Source: Lama guanicoe
Taxonomy: Eukaryota
Assembly (NCBI GenBank): GCA_013239625.1
Contig: MU053431.1
Location: 1,638,485 to 1,702,484 of the forward strand
DNA: 64,000 nt
Reading direction: 5' to 3'
The notes below the pieces were generated by a model that was not told the DNA's origin, ran no database searches, and saw only the letters and a program-made list of their open reading frames with translations. A program made the position numbers and the translations under genes. Positions 35,451 through 45,300 of this stretch are shown piece after piece (position 1 is the first letter of the stretch; the number at the start of each line of letters is the position of its first letter).

Positions 35451-38081
35451 AAGTGTGGCGAAACTTACCCTGGAACTTGCAGCAATAATGGTGGGGGTGC
35501 TGGGGGCAAGGGTCCTGGAGCAGAGGACATGGCGAGGCTCCCCCAGGTGGGGACTCTGGACTTCTGCGGCTCTCACAGCCAGGGTCAGAGTAGGGAGCTT
35601 CCCTGTGCTGGGCGTGCACAGCGGGGGCACATGTGGGCGGAGACTGGGGGCTGGAGGGGAAGCAGCCTGGTGGTCTTGGCGAGAGATCGCGACCTCCGCG
35701 GGGCTGGGGGCTGAGAGCTGGGAGCATTCACAGCTGGAGAGCCCCGGCCCGGGGCCTGGGGTCAGCTCACTGTGCCTCACAGGGTGCCCTTAGAGGTGAC
35801 TGGGTCCTCCTTTTCCATCAAGCAGGGAAACTTTTTCAAAAGTGGCTGTGGTTCATTTTTGAGTGGACAGAAGCTCGTGGGGGCTCTGGCTGGAACTGGG
35901 GTGACTCTCCTGCCCTTGGGGGCTCCCAACTTCCCTCTGACCTCCAGACACCATCCATATGAACGCCTGGGGGTGGGGGCGAGGGGGGTGTCCCAGGCCT
36001 GAGTCTTGGCCACTCTTCCCAGACTCCGAGGCCTCATTTGTCAGAGGGTAGAGAGGAAACTTAGACTTCATTCAAGGCTCTCTAGGGGCACCTCGAGGGG
36101 CCTGAGGAGAAGTGGGGGGCCCAGAGCTGTCTCAGTTTCCCTTTGTTATCCCTGGCTCCATGAAGATGACAAACAGCACAGTCACACAGAGATGGGACGT
36201 TGTGCCTCCATGTCCTGCTGGTGGCTCTTTCCTGTTAGTGGGGGTGCCCCCGGAGCCCTGACCACGCCCCGCCCCCATGTAAATGCCAGCCCGGCGGTGC
36301 CCGGTGCAGCTGCCAAGACCAGGGACTTGAGAAATTGCTCAGTTGCCTCTGTGTGATGCAGGCTCTGCAGACACTGCCCTGCCCAGGGTGGTGGCTGCAT
36401 CTGGACACCCTTCTGGCCCATCCACAGGGACCAGTGGGCTGCTCAGTGCGGAGGGGTGGGCAGGGTCACCCCGGATCTCATCTTGCTGATGGAGGAAGAA
36501 TTGGAAGTCCACTCTGGCCCAGGGCCTCGTCCTCAGGCCAGGGTCAGCTCCCAGCCACACAAGACCTGGGCCCAGAGTGCAGACCCTCTGTGTTTGCACC
36601 TGGCCTGGCTCCTGGCCCCCAGGTGTGTCCTGCAGTCAGTGACACCCTCCTTCCAGGTCCCACCACTCACCTGTGGGTCCTACCTGGGCCACGGCAAGGC
36701 CTCCCCATCCCATGCTGCTCCTGACACCCCGAGGGCTCCTCTGGCTTCCCGGGCCAGCTCAGGCTGGGGCGGTGCCCCTTCCTGCGGTGGGGACCTGACC
36801 AAGGTCCCGTTGTTGCTCTCCTTCAGGTCTCCGTGGTCTTCAACCTCCTGGCTTCGTGGTGGCCATAGAAAGTGAGGGGGCCGAGGGGCCTCTCCTGCTC
36901 CATCACAGGGAAATTTTGAAATGCAGTGGAAAACAATATCGATACAATTAAATATTCCAAAGTGCTTAGTTTGCCGCTTGCTAAGTTTACTTAAACCCTC
37001 TTTAACGGGTTCATTAGAAGCAGTGAGCTCAGGGGAAACTCATTAACAGGAAGGCGGCCCCTGCGTTTGACTGTAAATTGGTATTGATCAGGCCCGGCAG
37101 AGGCTGGGCGCAGGCCACAAAGAGCCAGGTGAGGTCCGGCCGCCTGGGTGCCTGGGCCACCCCGGATGCCCGAGCAAGCCGCCCGCTGGCGCAAGCATCG
37201 TTTCAGGTGGTGATGCACCAGGAGTGAAGGGGAGAGAAAGGGTGAAGAAGAGAGAGAGGGAGGGAGGGAGTCAGAGGAGGCGGCGGCCAGAGTGGGGGAG
37301 CCAAGCCGGCACCAGTCCCTCGCCGGCTGGGCGTCTGCTCCATGGTCAGGCCAAGGCGCGGAGAAGCTGGCTGCAGCACAGGCCACTTCTCAGTAACTCC
37401 CAGCCGCCCTCCAGGGACACAAGGTCCACCTGCAACTGCCCTTCTCAGCACATCTTCAAAGACAGAGGCATAAGCCCCGCCCTCAGGGGAGCTGGCTCTT
37501 GGGAGACTGAAGCACCAGGGACCTGCCCGGGAAGCCACCCAGCTGCCCAGGTAAGGCCTGTCCACCTCTCAATCGTCTGCACTTATGGGGAGGGGGGCCA
37601 GGCTCCCTGCTGGCTCTGGCCGCCTGTTCCCTGACCGCTTGTGGCCAGGTCCTCCTGAGCGGCTGGACAGGGGTGCCCCGGTGGAGAGGAAGGGTGCTGG
37701 TGGAGGCCCGGGCACCGCCTCGGGGAGGGAATGTCACACCCTTCTCGGCGCGAGGGTGGGAGGGGGCAGCCTGACTCCTTTCTTGTGTCATTGATGCAAA
37801 ACTAAATGACTGTGGGGGTGATCGGAGGGACGCGTGAGTCTTTCTGGAGCGCACGGTCTCTCTGCCCTTCTGAACTGGGTGTGTGCCTGTGGGAGGGGGA
37901 CAGAGGGACGAGGAGGTCAGAGAGGGGCAGGGGGCCGTGGAGCCTGGGTGATGACCAGGGCTGCAGCGGCGGGTGTGCGGGCTCCACGCACCGGGAGGCT
38001 CCAGGGCTTGGATCCCCTGGGAACCCACAGCCTTCTTTCTCCCCCGTGGCCCCCCAGCCCACAAACTCTGCCCATTGAACT

Positions 38082-38162
38082 ACCTGCTTGGGAAACATAC
38101 TTCTTTATGTGCCCATATGGACCTGCTAAGTTATGGAATGTAAAGAAGTGTGTATTCCAGGT
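38082..38162 (+). ncRNA. MIR1-1: microRNA miR-1-1 precursor hairpin (5p 38095-38116; mature 3p 38134-38155)
   Basis: Sequence TGGGAAACATACTTCTTTATGTGCCCATATGGACCTGCTAAGTTATGGAATGTAAAGAAGTGTGTATTCCAG. The arms base-pair into a hairpin. The 3p arm TGGAATGTAAAGAAGTGTGTAT carries the miR-1/206 seed GGAATGT. The loop TGGACCTGCTAAG and the 5' flank TGGGAAAC match the miR-1-1 paralogue rather than miR-1-2 or miR-206. Confidence 0.97.
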
Positions 38163-41100
38163 CAGGACCCTCTCGCCGGAGGCAGGGGCCGCCCGGGGCA
38201 GGCAGGCGGCGGCTGTGGCGGGTGAGGCCTTGGTGGCAGGCCGCCTGAGTGTCGGTGGCCGGCCTGTCCCCGCCGGTATTGTTCTGTCACTTTGCCTGTG
38301 TCAGCAGGTGGAAGCGTTCATCAGACATTAAATATTCAGCGTGCTGACTGCGGCGGAGGGAAGGCGGCCTGTGGCAGGCGTGGGGTCCGCCGGGGGGGAA
38401 CATGCCGGGGCTGGGGGTGCGAGGCCTTGGCTGAGGAACGTGGGGTGGCAGTGGCCCTGGGGTGTCACTTGGTGCCACCCCAGAAGGGGTCACTTTCCAG
38501 CAGAAAGGGCCGTCTGCATGATGGGGGCTGAAAACCACTCAGAGGCCAAGCAAAGCAGCTTGTCCCCCATCGGCTGGGCGGCCGCAGGGAGGGAAGGGAC
38601 TCACGGGCGCATGCGAGAGGCTTTTTGAGGGAAAGACACTTGGTCTTTGCTCTCAGGCCGCCTGCAAGGCACAGTGTCTCGTAGTTTGGCCTCCTGGGGG
38701 CTTAGAGGCACCTGCAGCCCTCAGCCCGGCCCCTGCTCTGAAATCCCCCAGACCAGCATTTTGAGGCACCTCAGGTGCCTGTGAAGCTTCAGACAAGAAA
38801 CCAAAGGGGCTGTGTGTCTCTCACCTCGGCCTGCCTCCCGCCCCACCCCTGTCAAAGCCCCACACTGCTCTCCTCTGTTTTTAGCAACTCTGGTTGGAAG
38901 CGCTTTGTGGTAGGAAGGACAGCTGGGTCACACGGGCTGGCATCGTGCAGACCAGGACCACCCACCTGCCCTGCCACCAGCCAGGTCTCAGTCAGGACGG
39001 GGGCAGGGTGATGTCCTGAAGGTCCCACGGCTGGACCAGGACTGCCAGGGGACAAGGTCAGGTGCTGTGACTGGTCTCTGAAGCCTGTCTCCGCAGTGCC
39101 AGCCCTTCTCTGGGGAGGCAAAGGGCAGGGGTCCTGGGCAGCTGGCGGGGGCTGGGCATCTGTGGGAGGGGGTCCCTGTCCCATCTGGCTGCTGGAGCGG
39201 TGGCACCTGCAGCCTGGGGTGAGTCCCCCGTGGGCCGCAGGGCTGTTTTCCCAGAGTGTGTGTCAGCTCTGCCTTTCCCGGCACTGATGCCCAGACCCAC
39301 GGCAGGTGCCCCAGCCCTTCCTGCACCCTGACCTTTGGCAGGAATTTGGCTCTTGGGTGGAGTGTGGGCTGGGGGAGGAGGGGGTGAGCAGGTCTGGGGG
39401 GCAGCCAGGTTCCCTGAGCCACTCAGGCCCCTCCAAGGAGCCAGGGCACAAGCAGGTGTGGGCAGTTCCAAGCTTGCATGTGGCTCCCACCTTCCAAGGA
39501 GTTGATGGTAATTGAGGGTCCAGGAGGGCTGGGTGGCCTGGGGCCGCTGCCCAGTTTTCAGGTCTCACCACCTCTGGCTCCGCTGACACCCACAGCGGGG
39601 AGGTAGGCCTGTCCTCGGGCACCGCCTTCCTTCCGGCCCCTGGGCCCAGAGCTCAGCATGCCCGGGAAGGTCATCTCTGCCCTGCCCGCTTCCAGCTCCG
39701 GCCGCAGGGAGGGAAGTAGCCAGGTGCAGCCACGGAGGCCGGCCGCAGACACGCGCTCTCTCCCCCTCGATGCGTCCCGCTGCACATTAAGGCTTTATGG
39801 CAGGATGTGGTGTTTAAATAAAAGCATTAGTGTTTTGGAATTAGGTTTGGCTGAGCAGTAAAACTGGAGAGTTTGCAGAGAGAAGAGGCATGGCCCTCTG
39901 AGCCGTAAGTCACCGCGGGTCTCTCATCTGCCGAGTTAAAAGTGGGCAGCCCTCGGACGCCTCCCTGCAGCAGGCAGAGCCCCTTCCTGGCGTGCGCCCC
40001 TTGCACAGAGGTCTTGCTGCCTCTCTGTGACACTGACCCCGCTGGGATGTTCTGTACTCAAAGCTGCAGCTCTTGGCTCTCCAGGGGGGCAGCTGGCGAG
40101 GACCCCGCTAGCAAGGGTGGGTTCCTCCGAGTAGGGTCTTGGGCCTTTCTGTGTCCAGGAGTGCAGAGGCAGGAGGGAACGGTGTCTGTGCTCTGCCTGG
40201 AGGGCTTCTGCTGGACAGGTACCCTTCCAGACACGCTGCCCTCTGGGCTCTAGGACTCCAGCAGAGGGAAAAGAAGCTGGCTGTGCCGGGCAGGGTGCAA
40301 GCGGGATGGCCCCACATTCAGGGGGCTTGCCTGACGTCGTGGGGCCCCAGGGGGGTTTTGTGCGGCTGTGGGGAGAAACCCAGGTTGGGCGAGGGGGTCA
40401 GTGCCCCTTTCTCTGTGCTCTGAGAGAGGGGTGGCTCCTGAATTTTCTGAAAACACTCTGGGGACTTGGTGTGGGGCAGCAGGCCCCCGCTCCTGCAGGT
40501 GGAAACAGTCGAAGAGTGGTGGGGCCATCAATTCGGGGCCAAATCAGTGAGATTCTCCTGCGCTGCTGCCCACAGACTCCAGCCTCGCTCCAAGCGAGAC
40601 TCCCGCCCTGGAGGACGGCCAGCTCCGGGTCGGGGGAGGGTCGAGGCGTGCGCAGCTGTGTCGTGCACAGAGGGCCAGGTGGCCTCGCACAGCGTGGCTC
40701 TGCTTCTGAAGGGCGGCCGGTGGCTCCTGCTGGATGGCGCGTCAGGTGCGAGGAAGCACTTCGTTGCCGAGGCTTCCCAGCTGGGTGGGGGCGGCCGGTG
40801 GTGGCATCTTGGGGTGCGAATTAGCGGTCTCTTCTGAAACTGGCAGCCTCCTGTGGAAAACGTCCTGTTGGAGAACAAACTGCTTGAGATGATTAGACTG
40901 ACCCGCAGCCCACGTCAATCAAAGCGAACACGGCTTGAATTGCAAATCCCTTGCCCTAAAGTGCCCTAAATGAAAAATAAGGGAACCTGAGTAATTTTAG
41001 GGCCAGGGTGCGGCGGGGACGATGGGGCCTGGAGCCGTTTGGGGGCTGGGAAGGTGGAGTGGGCGGGGCCAGGGCAGTGGGCGGGGCCAGAGTTTGCATT

Positions 41101-42294
41101 AATCGCTGCCACCTTAGCGGAAAGGGTAACGGAGGCCCTCAGTCTGAGAGCTTTGTGCTGACTCAGCCTCGCTCGGCTGCTGCACGTCCGATTGCAGAGG
41201 GCCCTCCTGCCTCACTGCAGCTCCGCTCCCGGCCTTTGAGGTCCGCTGCTCCTTGGGGTGACCTGCCTGGAGCCCCTGGGGGTTTCTGAGGGACCCCAGC
41301 CTTGCCCAGTGTCCCTGACCCCCCAGGAGCCGGACTCCCAGATGGGAAGAGGCGGACAGGCCTTTTGGGAAGGGAGGGGGCCACCAGCAGCTCCGGGGAG
41401 GTCCAGCCTGTGTCTTGCTCTGGGCCTCTCTCAGCTGGCCCAGGATCCGGCCAGGCAGAGCTTGGGCCACCCCAGGGCTGTGATCCTGGCTGCCCAGTGG
41501 CAACTGCTTTTAGTGCTCAGAGTTCCAGGCTGGCCCTGACCCTGGGAAGGCCGGCCGCCAGCAGGGAGGGGCTGGGGGCGGAGCAGTGCGGAGGCGCAGC
41601 TGTGGGCTGGGCTGGCAGGCAGGCTGTGGGCTGGCGGGCAGGCTGTGTTCAGGCTGTGCATCTCAAGGGCAGGCCACCTCTGACAGCCGACAGCCCCGCT
41701 CCGCTCCTTAGGTGGAAAGACTCGGGGCAGCAGACCTTGCAAAGGTGCCAGATTCCTCAAACGACCCACCCAGGGCATCAGAGGCCTCGCTAAGTCTCAG
41801 GCCAGGTGTGCTTCCTGGGCCAAGGGAGGTGGTCCGACTGGGTGCGGGCAACAGTGAGGGCCAGGCACGCTGGGTGCAGAGGCACCTCCAGACCCCTCGT
41901 GTCCAGCCCAGGCAGAGAACAAAGCAAGAAGGCCCCACTATACACGCACGGGGTGGGGAGGTCACTGGCTTTTCCTTGTTCAGGGCGACACCCAAAGGAC
42001 CTGGTGGTTGAGAGGCTGGGGTCCCCCATGGGGTCAAACCTCTAGCTTGGGGTGGGAGCCAGTGAGGACGGTTGGGGCCAGAGGCACGTGTATGCATGTG
42101 CCAGTGGGTGGAGGACAGTGTGGGGTGGGAGGGACAGTGACCCAGAATATTTTTAACAGCAGGGAGGGGAGAGGGCAGCTGTGTCCAGGGCCTATCATGG
42201 GTGCCCAGTGGGGCCTCTGGAGGTTGAAGGACACCCAGGACAGACACGCTGTTCTGGGCCCTGGCCCCCTGGCAGGCCTGCGCCCCGTTGTTCA

Positions 42295-42372
42295 TGACCA
42301 CATATGGCGACTGGGCTGTGCGCCCCTCCAGCCGCCGCGGCCGGTATAAATAGTCCACATTCTCAGCTGTCC
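42295..42372 (+). promoter_or_regulatory. intragenic muscle enhancer / possible internal promoter between miR-1-1 and miR-133a-2
   Basis: Within ~75 bp: CArG-like CCACATATGG (42298-42307), MEF2/TATA hybrid GTATAAATAG (42344-42353), MCAT/TEAD-like ACATTCT (42357-42363) and E-box CAGCTG (42364-42369). Confidence 0.6.
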
Positions 42373-45300
42373 TGTTGGAGAGGCTGAACTCGGGTGACTC
42401 CGGGCCGGGGGAGGCTAGGGTGGCCCCTCGCACCCCGCCTGCCACCGGAGTGCCTGATGGCAGCTGCAGTGGCAGAGACAGGGAGGGCGGTGAGGATCCA
42501 AGCCCCCACCCCCGGCTCCGTCCGTGTGTGCCCTCCTCCTCCCCTGCCCGGTGTGGGCATCAAACCCAGCCAGACCTGGGGACGCCTGTGGTCTTTGTCC
42601 CAGAGCATGGCATGGCCTTTGCCTACCGAAGGGTGGGAGAGGGCCAGGACTCCCGCCAGGGGCTGGGGCTTTGTGTACGTGGTGTGGCGAGGCAGGGGGA
42701 CCCGCCTGGTCCTCTTCCCACAGGCTCATTCCTGCAGCAGGTAGACGCTGTCACTGGGTTCCTTGAGCCCCCGCTCCCTGAACCTGTCCCTGGTCATTCC
42801 CTCCTGCGTTGGATGCAGCCACATGCCCCAGGGGCCTCACAGCCATGGGCCAGCAGCTTGTCACTCTCCTTTCCAGGGGAGCTTGCTTTCCCTCCATCTA
42901 TAACCCAAGAAGTGACTCTCTTAACAGTGGAATTTCAAACCACCCTCTAAGGCCTGTGAAGTGGAATGGATGACCTTGAGTGAGGGAATTTAGGCCTGCT
43001 GGGTCCCCCTCAAAGTGTAGGAAGCAGTCCCGGGGCCCGGAGACAGGCAGCCACACGTCCATGTCTCTCCACCCTGACGGCCTCACCAGGCTGGGGGAGG
43101 GCAGGGAACTCTGGCAGAGCTTGGGGGCAGGTACACTCTGTCTATTTGTATGTGCGGCTCGGATCTTCCACAGCGCCCCAGCCTGTGGGTGGCTGGACAG
43201 GACCCTCCTGCTGGTGTGCCTGGCGCAGTGACACGGCCGTCCCTGTGCCCTGAGCCCTATGGGCCCAGAACCCCCTCTGCCGTGGGTGGGATGCCGTGTG
43301 GTCCTGTGAGGCCCAGTAGTGCCAAGTGGCTTTTTTGTTATCTCTGGACCATCGGCCACTGATTTGCAGCGGATCCACCACCCCCTCCCCATCCTCAGGG
43401 TGCTCCCATCTGGCTCTCAGCTGAGTGGCCTGATTTCCTCAAGTTACACCAGCTTTGACCTCGGCCCTATCTTTGAGGTAATAAGACACAAAAACCTATC
43501 TTGCCGTTTTGCAAAGAACAGCAAAACAACCGTGCGTCCCCCCATGCCCCTGTCCCCCCACCGGCCTGTCCCCAGCTCGGGCTCTTTGGGTCTATTTAAG
43601 GCAAAATTTATCTCTAGGAGGGGCCCATCAATGTGCCCTGCTCTTTTGTTGACAAGTTTATTAAAGACCAGGGCAACTCTGTATTAAACTTTTATCAGGG
43701 TTGAGAAATAATATTTTATTTTGGAATGAAAAAGTTAGTGCTGGGCAGAGTGGGTGTCTGGCTGGGGCAGCGCTGGTGATAATAAGAAACAGGCTGTTTG
43801 GGGGGTGCGGGGCTTCCTTTGGCCTTTAACTGTGAGTCTCCCTCGAGACTCGCCGTCCGGCCCCCACAGCCGGATCAGAGCCCCCGGGAAGGCTCCTTCG
43901 GTGCAGCCAGGGCTGCTCACACTCTCAGGAATAATCGTAATTCTTTGCTATTTATTTTAATAATTAACCAAAATCTGGAATTAAAAATTAATTTAGTGGT
44001 GAATCTGAGTGTTAATAGGTAGTGTTGCTGCCGAAGAAATATTAGGTTATGGATGTTTAAATTTTAAAAACTCCTTAGTGGAAAACGCAAAATGGATCCA
44101 GATAGTAGTTGGTCACACCCCCTGGGTCGGGAGGGGAGGGGCCCTGGCACCACGCGGGGAGGCACCGTGGCTGGGAGCTGCCCCCTGCCCCGGGGGTGCG
44201 GGCGGGGCCGGAGAGGAGAGGGAAGGTCCTCCGTCCTGGGGCCTGGGTCTCTGTGATGACTGGGTGGGGTGCAGCTTTGCCCCCGCCCTGTGGCCCCCAG
44301 GGCAGTGTCTTCCGCTGCAGGTGTGTCTGGGCTGTCTGTCACCGCTGAGCAGTACTTGGTGCCAACCTTCACTAGGCACACTGGCCGTAGTGCGTGCTCT
44401 GTAGACAGTGACATCTTCGCCTGGGGGGTGTCCTGTGCGGTTTCCACCCAAAGTGGCTGCTGTCCTCTGAGGTCCTGGGTCACCAGGGCTTGTGAAGAAC
44501 AGCCTGGCTGCCCTTGAGGAGCAAGTGGCCAGGGGACTCCACTGAGCTGACAGAGGTGACAGGGCACAGAGTGGCAGAGACTAGGGGCTGCATGGCACTC
44601 GCACTCCTGTGGAGGGAAACTGAGGCTCAGAGGGCCGAGGAAGACCCCCAGTTCCATGCATAGTGCCCGTGAGCCCAAGGTCACCCTCTGCGCCACGGAG
44701 GGCAGGCCCGCGGACAGCCGGGGTGCCGGGGCGGCGTTCGCCTGGGGAGGTTGTGCTCAGTTTCGAGCCTGCTCGTTGAGTCTGCACCGGGTGTGGGGCC
44801 TTCTCAAATGCAGGAGGGCTTCCTGGACGAGGCGGTGGCCGCTGCTCGGGGCCTGGTGGTGCGCAGGGGCAGCGCCAGTGGCACCACTACCCTATGGCTC
44901 CGGTGTCGGTGTGTCAGCGCCCACCGCGGACCTCTCTGGCTGGCGTGGCCCAGAGCCTCCTGCAGGTGGGAGTCTCGGCGAACACATGGAGCTCCGGCCT
45001 TTGTCCACATCACTGTTTGCTCCGATTATAACTAATTGGACACATTGCATTTTCATAGCAGCTAATTTTCTATTGATCTCAGCGGGGCTGCTGGTGTTTT
45101 CAGCACCGATTCCCCACACCTCGTGTCAGTTGCTGCTTAAAAATGCTGAGTGTACCTCCCCGTGTGGGGTGACTCCATCAGCAGATGTTTTAAAACCTAT
45201 TTAATTGTTTGGTTCGTAAAATGCACAAACTGTATTAGCTGCAGCCTCGTCCTTTCACACCCTAGTGAGAAGAGAGGCAGGAGCCAGGGGTGGGGGGGCG

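Noticed and set aside
38082-38162. Calling the hairpin miR-206 (and the partner miR-133b) because of G17
   Set aside because: Position 11 is A, the 3' end is UAU, and the loop and 5p arm are miR-1-1 type. The partner ends in ...CAGCUG with the 133a 5p arm.
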